Shown here: in pieces, positions 21,695 through 31,201 of the stretch | Layout: each line of letters opens with the position of its first letter | Position numbering within the stretch: position 1 is the first letter of the stretch | Source of the DNA: Candidatus Eiseniibacteriota bacterium | Lineage (GTDB): Bacteria > Eisenbacteria > RBG-16-71-46 > SZUA-252 | Assembly (NCBI GenBank): GCA_963703225.1 | Contig: OY969801.1 | Span: 2,464,001 to 2,528,000, forward strand | DNA length: 64,000 nt | Direction of reading: 5' to 3' | Program-made: the position numbers and the translations under genes | The notes under the pieces: model-generated | What the model was told of the DNA's origin: nothing | Seen by the model: only the letters and a program-made list of their open reading frames with translations | The model's database searches: none

Positions 21695-22540
21695 CTACGG
21701 AATCGGCGGCGGGAGCGGCGGTGCCTCCGGGAAATCGGCCAAGGTCGTTCCCAATTTCTTCTTCGGGTCCGGCTTGGAATCGCGCTTGGGCGGGACCGGA
21801 GTGCGCATCTGGGGCGGCAGCGCGGTCGCCTTCTCGCGCCAATCGCGGAGCAGGGTCGCGCCCACGCCGATCATCCAGAGCTGGATCGGCAGGCCGACGC
21901 CGTAGCGCACGCCCGCGCCCCGCATCGGGTTGATCGCCGAGCCGGTCGCGGTGGCGGTCCAGAACTCGAACACGTAGACCAGAATGCCGACGGCCCCAAA
22001 GAAGGCGCCCCCCCAGCCCATCCAGAGCGGCACGACCTCACGCGTCACCCCCGCCGTGCCCGCGGCGATCACCGCGGTGAAGAAGAGCACGCCCCCGACG
22101 GCGAGCGCGCCCATTTTCCAAAACCAGACGGTGGTGAAGAGCATGGTCGCGAGCCCCGGGTCGACCGGGTAGAGAGTTTTCAAGAATGGCCCGACGAAGA
22201 GCTCCATCGAGAGAAACGTGGCCCAGATTCCGCCGCCGACCAGCGCGCAGACGCTGACCATCGACGCCGCGCCCGAGGAGCCGCGGAGATGAAGGAGAAA
22301 CGCGAATGCGGTGAAGGCCACGGTGGCGAGCAAGAAGCCGGTCAGCATCCACGCGTGGAGCCACATCCAGCCGCCGATGTCCTGCTTGGAGAGCGCGTCC
22401 AGAATGACGTTCGTCTGGTTGGCGGGGGCGAGCGACGGATAGACGGCCAAGCAGATCGAGAGGATGATCGCTCCGAGCGCGAATGTCAGCCCGGCGCAGA
22501 GCTGGATCGATCGGATCCGTTCTTCCATGACATCGGCCAT
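21695..22540 (-). CDS. Hypothetical multi-pass membrane protein with Pro-rich C-terminal tail
   Basis: About 6 TM helices; strong AAGGAGG RBS. Confidence 0.65.
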   Translation of the reverse strand: MADVMEERIRSIQLCAGLTFALGAIILSICLAVYPSLAPANQTNVILDALSKQDIGGWMWLHAWMLTGFLLATVAFTAFAFLLHLRGSSGAASMVSVCALVGGGIWATFLSMELFVGPFLKTLYPVDPGLATMLFTTVWFWKMGALAVGGVLFFTAVIAAGTAGVTREVVPLWMGWGGAFFGAVGILVYVFEFWTATATGSAINPMRGAGVRYGVGLPIQLWMIGVGATLLRDWREKATALPPQMRTPVPPKRDSKPDPKKKLGTTLADFPEAPPLPPPIP

Positions 22541-22693
22541 TCCAGGCCTCCTTATGAAAATGTGCTCTTGAACCGACCGCCGATGATCGGCACTCTACCG
22601 CCGTGCCGGCCAAGAAGGAAGCCAAGAACCGACGCGCGGAATCCGCGGCCCGCCCGGCCGAGAGGCCAGGATCACCCCGCCGGCCGCTCCCGC

Positions 22694-24570
22694 GTGAGCC
22701 CGACCGCGCTCGCCCTCCTCCCCGCATTCCTCGCGGCCGCGCTCTACCTCCCCGCCCTGCCCTACGGCTGGGTCTGGGACGACCAGCTGCTGGTCGTCTC
22801 GCACGGAGCGGGGGGCGTGGGCGCGGAGGGATTCCGGCTTTTCGCGTCGCTCCTCTACCGGATCGAGTGGACGCTTGGCTACGGCACTCCCGCGATGGCC
22901 CATCTGGTCAGCGTGCTCCTCCACGGGCTCGCGACCTGGCTCTTCTTCCGCCTCGCGATCCAGGTGGGAGCGACGGCCGTGGATCGCGTTCGCCTCGGCG
23001 CTCCTCTTCGCCGCGCATCCGGTCCACGTCGAGGCCGTGGCCTACATCTCGGGCCGCCCCGACCTCCTCGCCACGGTCTTCGCCCTGACGGCGCTCCTCC
23101 TGGCGCGAACGGCCGGAGCTCTGCACGCCTGAGGGATGCCGATCGTGGAAGATCTGGCCCGCCTACGTCGCGCTGGTCGCCGCCGTGCTGAGCGACGAGG
23201 TGGCGATCGTGACGCCGCTCATCCTCGTGGCTCTCGACCGATGGGGACCGACGCGGATCCCGTGGCGCCGGCGCCTCACCCACTACTCCGGATTCTTCGC
23301 GATCGTGCTCGTCTATCTGCTGGTGCGCTTCACCGTGGGAGGAGGAGCCGCGCCGACCGCCGGGACCGCCCACGCCGCGAGCGGAATTGAAGCGGCCGCG
23401 CGCCCCTGGGCCGTGCCGATGGCGCTGCGCGAGTATCTGAACATGCTCGCGTGGCCCCATCCCCTGAACGCGCTCCGCTCCCTTCGCGCCGTGGACACCG
23501 CCGGCTGGGCGGCGCGTCTCTCGCCCTTGGCGGCACTCCTCGCTGTCGCGCTCTTCGTGGGGTGGCGCCGGCGCGACCCGCTCGCCCGCGCCGGGGCCGT
23601 CCTGCTCTTGCTCCCTCTTCTGCCCGCGCTTCCGTTTCCGCTGTTCGTCGGCTCCTACGCCGAGGAGCGGGCCACCTACTTCGCGTCGGTCGGTTTCTGC
23701 CTCCTCGTCGGCTCGGCCTACACGGCAGCCGCCGGCCTCATCCGGCTGCCCCGTCCTCTGCTTGCCCTCGGCGCGATCGCCGTCGCGGCCGTCCTCGGCT
23801 GGGGAACGCTCCAGCGTCTTCCGGTCTGGCGCGACAACATCACGCTCCTGCAAGCCGCCGCGGTGGCCTCTCCCAGCGATCCGGCGCCCCATCTCATGCT
23901 CGTGGAGCACTACTCGCGGGCCGGCAATTGGCGGGGGGCGCTCTCGGAGGTCGACCGCGCGATCGCGATCGACCCGAAAAGCCACGCGGCGTTTGCAACC
24001 AAGACGACGATCTTGAACCGACTGGGACAGTATCCGGAATCGGAGGCCGCGGCGCGTCGAGCGATCGAGCTCCAGCCCAGGGACGCGGTCTCGTACGCCA
24101 ATTTGAGCGACGCGCTGCTGCAGCAGGGAAAGACCGCGGCGGCGGTGGAGGCAGCCGCGCGCGCGGTTTCGCTCGACTCCACGCTCTGGAACGCCTGGTA
24201 CAACTACGGCGTGGGCCTCTCGGCTTCCCACGACGTGCCGGGCGCGATCCACGCGTACGAGAAGACGCTGGCGCTCCAGCCGAACGACCTCGGCGCCATG
24301 AACAACCTCGGCGCGCTCCTGGGCTATTCCGGAAGGCTCGAGGAGGCCCGCGATCTCTACATCCGCCTGGTGGCGCTGGCACCCACCTCGGTGGAGGCCC
24401 GGATGAACCTGGCGCTCGCCTATCTAAGGCTGGGAGACCGCGACGGCGCCGTCCGGGAGCGCGAGGTGGTGCGCCGCCTCAGCCCCACCTCGGTGCGGCA
24501 GCTGGACCAGATCTTCAACGAGTACGTCCAGAGGAACCCGTACCAGCCTCCGAGCACGCCCACGCGTTGA
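22694..24570 (+). CDS. TMTC-like GT-C glycosyltransferase with C-terminal TPR repeats (frameshifts near 22980 and 23112)
   Basis: YGWVWDD loop; LLFAAHPVHVEAVAYISGRPDLL; YAEERATY; WRDNITL; then multiple TPRs. Confidence 0.8.
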
Positions 24571-24596
24571 CCCCGCTTCCGCGGGCGTGCTAGGGT
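24567..24596 (+). promoter_or_regulatory. Sigma70-type promoter giving a probably leaderless transcript
   Basis: TTGACC-N18-TAGGGT with an extended -10 TG. ATG 6 nt downstream, no SD. Confidence 0.55.
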
Positions 24597-24602
24597 CGGT
24601 CC

Positions 24603-25397
24603 ATGGGCGCCGAGCTGAACACCGAGTGGTTCGACCCCACCCGCACCAATCAACTCGTCGGTATCCTCCTCTTCCTCGCATTCATCCTGATCAACATGCG
24701 CCGCGCCCAGCTCGGGGGTTCCATGTACATACGCCCGCTCGCCGGCCTCAAGGCGCTGGACGAGGCGATCGGACGCGCCACCGAGATGGGCAAGTCGATC
24801 CTCTACCTGCCGGGCCTCGGCGACATGAGCGAGGTGGGCACGCTCGCGTCGATCACCATCATGAGCCGGGTGGCTCGAAAGGTGGCGGACCTGGGCTGCG
24901 ACATGCAGGTCCCCTGCTACGACCCGGTCGTCATGGCGATCATGGACGACGTGGCGCGCCAAGCGTACGTCGAAGCGGGCCGGGGCGACCAGTTCAAGCC
25001 CGGGAGCATCCACTACGTCAGCGCGCAGCAGTTCGCCTACGTGGCGGCCGTCACCGGCATCATGCTCCGGGATCGACCGGCCGCGAACATCTTCATGGGA
25101 AGCTTCTACGCGGAGTCGCTGTTCCTCGCCGAGACCGGAAACCTGACGGGGGCGATCCAGATCGCCGGATGCGACAAGGTGACCCAGCTTCCCTTCTTCG
25201 TCTGCGCCTGCGACTACACGCTGATGGGCGAGGAGCTGTTCGCGGCCAGCGCCTACATCGGCCGGGAACCGATTCAGCTCGCGACGATCGCGGCCCAGGA
25301 CTGGGCCAAGGCGCTCGCAGCCGCCGTCGTGGTCCTGGCGATCGCGCTCTCCGCGCTGGGACATCCCGAGCTCGGCCGCTTGCTCCGGACATCGTGA
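24603..25397 (+). CDS. DUF6754-like membrane protein
   Basis: IRPLAGLKALDEAIGRATEMGK, QFAYVAAVTG, GSFYAES, QIAG..QLPFF...DYTLMGEELFAASAY, recognised from memory of the family. Confidence 0.75.
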   Translation: MGAELNTEWFDPTRTNQLVGILLFLAFILINMRRAQLGGSMYIRPLAGLKALDEAIGRATEMGKSILYLPGLGDMSEVGTLASITIMSRVARKVADLGCDMQVPCYDPVVMAIMDDVARQAYVEAGRGDQFKPGSIHYVSAQQFAYVAAVTGIMLRDRPAANIFMGSFYAESLFLAETGNLTGAIQIAGCDKVTQLPFFVCACDYTLMGEELFAASAYIGREPIQLATIAAQDWAKALAAAVVVLAIALSALGHPELGRLLRTS

Positions 25398-25414
25398 GCG
25401 CCTAGCCCTCCCGC

Positions 25415-26035
25415 ATGCGGCTCGGCCCGCTCCTCATCACCTTCCTCTCTGGCGCCACGATCATCGCGGTCTATTTCATACCGCATCACAACGCCCAGGC
25501 TGTGAACGCCGAGCTGCTCCTGTGGGCGACGATCGTCTACGCCTTCGCCCTGATCCTCGGGTCGGTCTCGCTCTGGAGCACGCATGCGAGGAAGATCCAG
25601 CGGCGCGCGGAGGGGTGGCCCTACAGCCTCGTGACGCTGGTCACGCTTGTGGTCGTGACCGTGCTCGGCGTCTGGAAGGGCGTGAGCGAAGGCTCGCCGG
25701 TGAGCCACATTTACAACATGGTCAATTCGCCGCTCGCCTCGACCATGTTCGCGCTCCTCGCCTTCTTCATCGCCTCCGCCGCCTTTCGGGCTTTCCGTGC
25801 CCGTAACGTCGAGGCCACGCTCCTCCTGATTACGGCGATTCTCATGATGATCGGGCGTGTTTCGGTCGGAGAGTTCATCTGGCGCGGTTTTCCCGGTTTC
25901 ACGGAATGGCTGCTCGACGTCCCAAATCTCGCCGCCAAGCGCGCGGTGGCGATCGGCGTGGGTCTGGGCGCCGTCTCGACCGGGCTCAAGATCATCCTGG
26001 GCATCGAGCGGGGCTACTTGGGAAGAGCGAAATGA
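25415..26035 (+). CDS. Conserved hypothetical membrane protein (DUF6754 cluster gene 2)
   Basis: About 6 TM; PLASTMFALLAFFIASAAFRAFR, VPNLAAKRA, ILGIER. Confidence 0.75.
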   Translation: MRLGPLLITFLSGATIIAVYFIPHHNAQAVNAELLLWATIVYAFALILGSVSLWSTHARKIQRRAEGWPYSLVTLVTLVVVTVLGVWKGVSEGSPVSHIYNMVNSPLASTMFALLAFFIASAAFRAFRARNVEATLLLITAILMMIGRVSVGEFIWRGFPGFTEWLLDVPNLAAKRAVAIGVGLGAVSTGLKIILGIERGYLGRAK

Positions 26036-26869
26036 GCTGGATGGCCCGCGTCCTCGCGATCGACCGGCGATTGATCTTCGTGCTGATCGCCCTCGGCACC
26101 GCGATTCCGCTCCTGTTCCCCGTCAACCTGCCGATCACCGTCACCCCGCGGGTCGAGGCCGCATACAGCACGATCGAGGCCCTGCCCGCGGGTTCCGTGG
26201 TGCTGATCTCGATGGATTACGAGCCCGACACCATGGCCGAGCTCCAGCCGATGGCGATCGCGGTGCTCCGCCATTGCTTCCGGAAGAACCTCAAGGTGAT
26301 CGGCATGACGCTCTACCCGTCGGGGCCGGGGCTGGTGGAGCCCGCGATGAACGTGGCGGCGCGGATGGAGCACAAGGTCCGGGACCGGGACTTCGTCTTC
26401 CTCGGATACAAGTCGGGCTTCCAGACGGTGATGGTCGGGATCGGCGAGAGCATTCGCCAGCAATTCCCGGTCGACTTCTACGGAACGCCCCTCGACTCGA
26501 TACCCGATCATGCGCGGGGTCGACTCGTACGCGAAGATCGACCTCGTCGTGAACCTCACCGCGTCGAGCGCGGCCGACTTCTGGATCCAGTTCGCGGCGG
26601 GGCGATACCACAAGGCCCTCATCCTCGGCTCGACCGCCGTCATGGCGACCGACTATTACCCGTACCTCTCCTCGCGGCAGCTTCTGGGCCTGATCGGCGG
26701 GATGAAGGGCGCCGCGGAATACGAGAAGCGGATGGATATTTTCGGGGACGCGCGGCGGGGCATGGACGCCCAGAGCATGGTCCACGTCATCATCGCGGGC
26801 CTCGTGGTCCTGGGAAACGCGGCGCTCTTCGCGACGCGGGGCGGCGCGGGAGGAGGAGGGCGGGCGTGA
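26032..26869 (+). CDS. Conserved hypothetical membrane-anchored protein (DUF6754 cluster gene 3; frameshift near 26503)
   Basis: ATGA overlap; IDRRLIF, DYEPDTMAEL, FLGYKSG, PYLSSRQLLGLIGGMKGAAEYE, MDAQSMVH. Confidence 0.75.
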
Positions 26870-27498
26870 GCGGCATCGAAACCTGGGTCGCCGCAATCCT
26901 GACGCTCTGCGTCTTTTCGTTTCTCTACCGCGACAATCCCTTTTACCGTTTTGCGGAGCATCTGTTCGTGGGCGCGGCGGGTGCCTACCTGCTGGTGGTG
27001 CAATACCAGGACGTCATCGTTCCCAATGTCTGGGGCCGTCTCGCCGGGCCGGGCCATTCGGCCGGAACGATCGCGCTCGCCCTCATCTCGGCGGTGCTCG
27101 GAATCCTGATGCTCGCGAGGGTCTCGGAGCGCATGGCGGGCCCCGCCCGGTGGGCGATCGCGTTTTACGTCGGGATCTACTCCGGGCTCGCGGTGACGGG
27201 GTACATGCAGGCCCAGGTCCTGGCGCAGCTGGGCGACGCGGTCAAACCCTTCGCGCCGGGCTGGGGCGCCGTCAATTCCGCGCTCGTCCTGATCGGGTTC
27301 CTGACCGTCCTGGCCTACTTCTTCTTCTCGGCGCCCCACAAGGGAATCCACGGCGCGAGCGCGCGAGTCGGGATCTGGTTTCTGATGATCGCCTTCGGGG
27401 CGTCGTTCGGCTACACGGTCATGGCGCGCGTCTCGCTCCTGATCTCGCGCGTCCAGTTTCTCCTCCGCGACTGGCTCCACCTCATCCAGAACACGTAG
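26866..27498 (+). CDS. Conserved hypothetical membrane protein (DUF6754 cluster gene 4)
   Basis: GTGA overlap with GGAGG RBS; FSFLYRDNPFYRFAEHLFVG, FLMIAFGASFGYTVMAR. Confidence 0.75.
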   Translation: MSGIETWVAAILTLCVFSFLYRDNPFYRFAEHLFVGAAGAYLLVVQYQDVIVPNVWGRLAGPGHSAGTIALALISAVLGILMLARVSERMAGPARWAIAFYVGIYSGLAVTGYMQAQVLAQLGDAVKPFAPGWGAVNSALVLIGFLTVLAYFFFSAPHKGIHGASARVGIWFLMIAFGASFGYTVMARVSLLISRVQFLLRDWLHLIQNT

Positions 27499-27521
27499 CG
27501 CTTGCTCGAGGGAGATCCGCG

Positions 27522-28238
27522 ATGTTGAGCCGGCCCGCCATCTTCGCACTCCTTGCCCTATCTTCCCCGTTTGGTTTGGCTGGGGGGGCCGCGGCCGGCG
27601 AGCGATCGACGGGGATATTGCTGTTCGGGGAGTATTCCAGCTACGCCATGGGGGACGTGAACGACAACCTCGATAGCCCGGCGCCGGTCTACGGACCCGT
27701 CTCGGTTCAAGCGGATCACGTCGACGGAGGCTGGGGCGCAGGCGCCGGCCTCCGATTCTGGCTGGCCGAGAAGATGTGCCTGCAGTTCACCGGCGAGTAT
27801 CTCTCCGCGGGGACCGACGGCGCAGGAAGCTATCTCGGCGTCAACTACACCGGGGATCTCAACGTCTCCGCCCTGGCCTTCACCGCGGCGCTCGGGCGAA
27901 CGGTTCTCCAGGGCGCCAAAGCCCGAGCAGGAGCGATGGCCGGGGCCGGCATCTACACGACGATCGGCGACCTCGAAGTCAGGTCCGCGACGTTCCAGAA
28001 CACCACGGACATCCAGGGGCGGGGACTCGGCTTCTACGTCGCGACAACTGGCGAGTACAGCGTTTCGCCGGGAGTCGCCCTGGACGCGTCGCTCGGCTAT
28101 CGAGTCGCTTCGACTGCGAGCGTGCAGGGGGACGGCGGCGCCGATCTCCTGAACGCGGACGGCTCGAAATCGAACATCGACTGGGGTGGCCCCTACCTCA
28201 GGCTCGGCTTCGCGTTCTATCCCAAGCGCTCGAACTAG
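27522..28238 (+). CDS. Outer-membrane beta-barrel protein (8-strand OmpA/OmpW-like)
   Basis: Signal peptide; alternating amphipathic beta strands; C-terminal GPYLRLGFAFY. Confidence 0.65.
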   Translation: MLSRPAIFALLALSSPFGLAGGAAAGERSTGILLFGEYSSYAMGDVNDNLDSPAPVYGPVSVQADHVDGGWGAGAGLRFWLAEKMCLQFTGEYLSAGTDGAGSYLGVNYTGDLNVSALAFTAALGRTVLQGAKARAGAMAGAGIYTTIGDLEVRSATFQNTTDIQGRGLGFYVATTGEYSVSPGVALDASLGYRVASTASVQGDGGADLLNADGSKSNIDWGGPYLRLGFAFYPKRSN

Positions 28239-30248
28239 GCGGTCGCCCGGGGTGGGCTCAACATCTCGAACGCCGCCTCGAGCGCCGCGTGGTCTCCCAC
28301 GAGAACCAGAATGTCCCCCTGCTGGAGCGTGAAGTCGGCCTCCGGCGTCACGTAATGCTTTCCCTCCCGCACCACCGCGATGATGAGCGCGCGGGTGCGG
28401 CCCCTCAGGTCGAGCGCCGCGAGCGTCCGTCCAACGGCCGGCGACCCCGGTTCGAGATAGAACGTGTCGGTGGTGGCGCCGGCGATCATCTGGCTGACCG
28501 AGGTCATGAGGGAGCCGGTGACGTCGCCGCCCCGAAGAAAGCTGTACCCTTCCCGCCGGAGCGCCTGCTCCTGAATCCGGACGACGTTCGCGGGCACGTG
28601 GTAGCGCCGCAACACCCGCGCCAGGATCGCGATCGAGGTCTCGAACTCCTCCGGGATCACCTCGTCGGCGCCCAGCCGCATCAGCTCCGCCACCTCGGCC
28701 ACCTGGCGGGTTCGCGCGATGATGTAGGCACCGGGATTGCCGCGGCGCACCTGGATCACCGCGAATCGCGTCGCGGCAGGGTCGGAAATCGCCAGCACCA
28801 CCACCGCGGCCCGCTCGACGTGGCAGGCGTGGAGCCCCTCTCCGCGGGAGGCGTCTCCGAACTGGATCCGCTCTCCCTGCCCCCGCGCGCGGCGGATGAT
28901 CGCGGTGTCCAGCTCGAGCACGAGGTACGGGATCCCCAGTTCGCGGAGTACCCGCGCCACGTTCCGTCCATTGACACCGTAGCCCGCGATCACCACGTGG
29001 CCCGACAGTCCTTCCGGATCCGCGCGTTTGACCGTCGCCGCGGAATCGTGCCCGGCCGGGGCGTCCCCGGCCGCGGGCAACCGCACAACCGTCCCCGTGT
29101 GGGCCCCCGCCCAGGCCGCGAACCGCACGAGAAATGGGGTGAGCATGAGCGAGAGGACGGCCACAGCGAGGAAGGTCTGGGCCTCGAGCTGCGGCAGCAG
29201 CCCCTGGTCCGCCCCCACCGAGGCCAGGACGAAGGAAAATTCCCCCACCTGCGCGAGCGAGATCCCGACCATCACCGCGATCCGCAGGGGAAAGCCGAGA
29301 AGCCGGACCACCCCCACGCCCACGACCGCCTTGACCGCAAGCGCGAAGAGGAGCGTCCCGATCGCGACCGGGAGGTGGTCGAGCAGAAATTGGGGCACGA
29401 GGAGCATTCCGATCGAGATGAAGAAGAGGGCGCTGAAGAGGTCGCGGAACGGAAGGACCTCCGCCACGACCTGGTGGGCGTACTCCGACTCGCTCACCAA
29501 GAGGCCGGCGAGGAAGGCGCCGAGGGCCGGCGAAAGGCCCAGCGCGTTGGTGGCGAGTGCCGCGCCGAGGCAGATCGCGATCGACATCATGACGTAGAGC
29601 TCCCGCACGCCGCTTCGAATCACCGCGTTGACGAGCCTGGGCATGAGCGTGCGGGCCAAGAGCGCCACGAGGACGGCTCCCACCGCCCCGATCATGAGCC
29701 GCGGCCCTACGGAGAGGGTCCCCTTCCCGGCCAGAGAGGGGATCAGGACGAGCATCGGGACGATGGCGATGTCCTGGAAGAGGAGAATGCCGAGAATGAG
29801 CCGCCCCTGCGGGGCGTGCTGCTCCCCGCGCTCGCTGAGGAGCCTCAGTACCATCGCGGTCGAGGAGAGCGCGATCAGCATGCCCGCGAAGACGGCCGGC
29901 CCCACCTTGGCGTCGTTCGGGAGCGCGAGCACGGCCGCCGGCGGTGACCGCGATCGTGCCGAGCACTTGAAGCGGCCCCGCGAGGAGGAAGGCCCGGCCG
30001 ATCTCTTTCAGCCGGGCGAGCGAGAACTCGAGGCCGATCATGAAGAGGAGCATTGCCACGCCGACCTCGGCGAGCATCTCCACGTGGTGGGTGTCGCCGA
30101 TGAGCTTGAATCCGCCCGGACCGATGAGGATCCCGGTGAGCATGAAGCCGATCGCGGCCGGGACTCTGAGCCTGCGGCTCGGGAGGATCACGAGGAGCGC
30201 GGCGCAGAGCGTGACGACCAGATCTTGAAGGAAGGAGTTCTGGCCCAC
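28235..30248 (-). CDS. CPA2 cation:proton antiporter, KefC-like, with TrkA-N and TrkA-C domains (frameshift near 29940)
   Basis: IGLEFS, LSSTA, LLFQDI, FFISIGM, GYGVNG, GDAS motifs. Confidence 0.9.
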
Positions 30249-30268
30249 GCTACCGGTTTCTGGCCGCG

Positions 30269-30575
30269 TCAGCCGCGGACATAGACGTCCTCTCCATCGA
30301 CCTTCACCTCGTAGGTGCGGACGCCGACCACCTCGGTGTCAGGCGCCTTGCCCGGTCTTCACGCTGAACTTCCAGCCGTGCCAGGGGCAGCGGACAATGT
30401 CTCCCTGGAGGTATCCCTCGCCCAGATCGCCACCCATGTGGGGGCACTGGTTTCGGATCGCGTAGAAGGTGCCTTCGCAGCGAAAGAGCGCGACCTTGGT
30501 CCCGTTCACGGTCACGATCATCCCCTTCCCCTCCTCCAGGTCGGAGGTCTTCGCCACCTTCACGAATTCCGACAT
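30269..30575 (-). CDS. Rieske [2Fe-2S] ferredoxin (frameshift near 30350)
   Basis: CPH..CPWHGWKF. Removing one G restores the C-terminus KAPDTEVVGVRTYEVKVDGEDVYVRG. Confidence 0.9.
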
Positions 30576-30656
30576 CGCGTGGGCTCCGATGAGAAATGAA
30601 AACCGGCGCTCCGTTGCCGGAACGCCGGTCAGTTTACCGTTCGATTGGCTTGGGGC

Positions 30657-31049
30657 CTAGTGACTCCCGCAGCCCCCGCCGCAGCCGCCGCCCTTGGAAG
30701 CCTCGGCTCCCTCGGCGCCTTCCTCGGTGGAGAACGAAGAGCCGCAGCCGCAGGTCTTGGCCGCGTTCGGATTGCTGATCTTGAACCCGCCGCCCTGAAG
30801 CGTGTCGTCGAAATCGATCGAGGCGCCGTCGAGATACTGATGGCTCCCCATGTCGACGATGATCTTCACGCCGCCGTTGTCGAACACCAGGTCGTCCGAC
30901 GTCGCGGGCTCGTCCGCGATCTGCATCCCGTACGACATGCCGGAGCAACCGCCGCCGGCGACGAAGACGCGGATCCCCTCGAACGCACCGCCGTGCTGCT
31001 CCATGATGTTCTTGATTTCGGCCGCGGCCTTGTCGCTCAGCGTGACCAT
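30657..31049 (-). CDS. iscA: Fe-S cluster A-type carrier (IscA/ErpA/HesB family)
   Basis: GGGCSGMSY, NPNA..TCGCGSSF; GAGGAG RBS. Confidence 0.9.
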   Translation of the reverse strand: MVTLSDKAAAEIKNIMEQHGGAFEGIRVFVAGGGCSGMSYGMQIADEPATSDDLVFDNGGVKIIVDMGSHQYLDGASIDFDDTLQGGGFKISNPNAAKTCGCGSSFSTEEGAEGAEASKGGGCGGGCGSH

Positions 31050-31107
31050 TTTGAGAAGCTCCTCCGAGTGCTGACGATTCGGCGCAGGACGTGACACCCT
31101 AAACCGA

Positions 31108-31123
31108 AGCAAATTGCGTGCCT
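31108..31123 (-). promoter_or_regulatory. Sigma54 (-24/-12) promoter
   Basis: Minus strand AGGCACGCAATTTGCT = GG-N10-GC. Confidence 0.6.
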
Positions 31124-31172
31124 TATGTTTAGATGCGGACCCCGCCAAAGCGGTGCAGCCCATTCAGCAACA

Positions 31173-31201
31173 ATGATATCCGCCCTGGGCAGCCCTGTCA
31201 A
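31173..31201 (-). promoter_or_regulatory. Sigma70 promoter
   Basis: Minus strand TTGACA-N17-TATCAT. Confidence 0.7.

Noticed and set aside
25394..25414. GTG-AGC-GCC-TAG in frame with the gene at 25415, suggesting amber readthrough
   Set aside because: A single instance in error-prone sequence with no pyl genes in view; the ATG at 25415 gives a complete-looking protein.
27776..29947. Long antisense or alternate-frame ORFs (e.g. 27776-29947 +, 57069-59036 +, 59928-62042 +, 3418-4971 -)
   Set aside because: These are shadow ORFs of real genes in stop-poor high-GC DNA, with no recognisable motifs.
30339..30341. TGA in the Rieske gene (and at 23130-23132 in the TMTC-like gene) as selenocysteine
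   Set aside because: The conserved protein continues in another frame before the TGA, so these are frameshift artefacts, and they are not at Cys positions.
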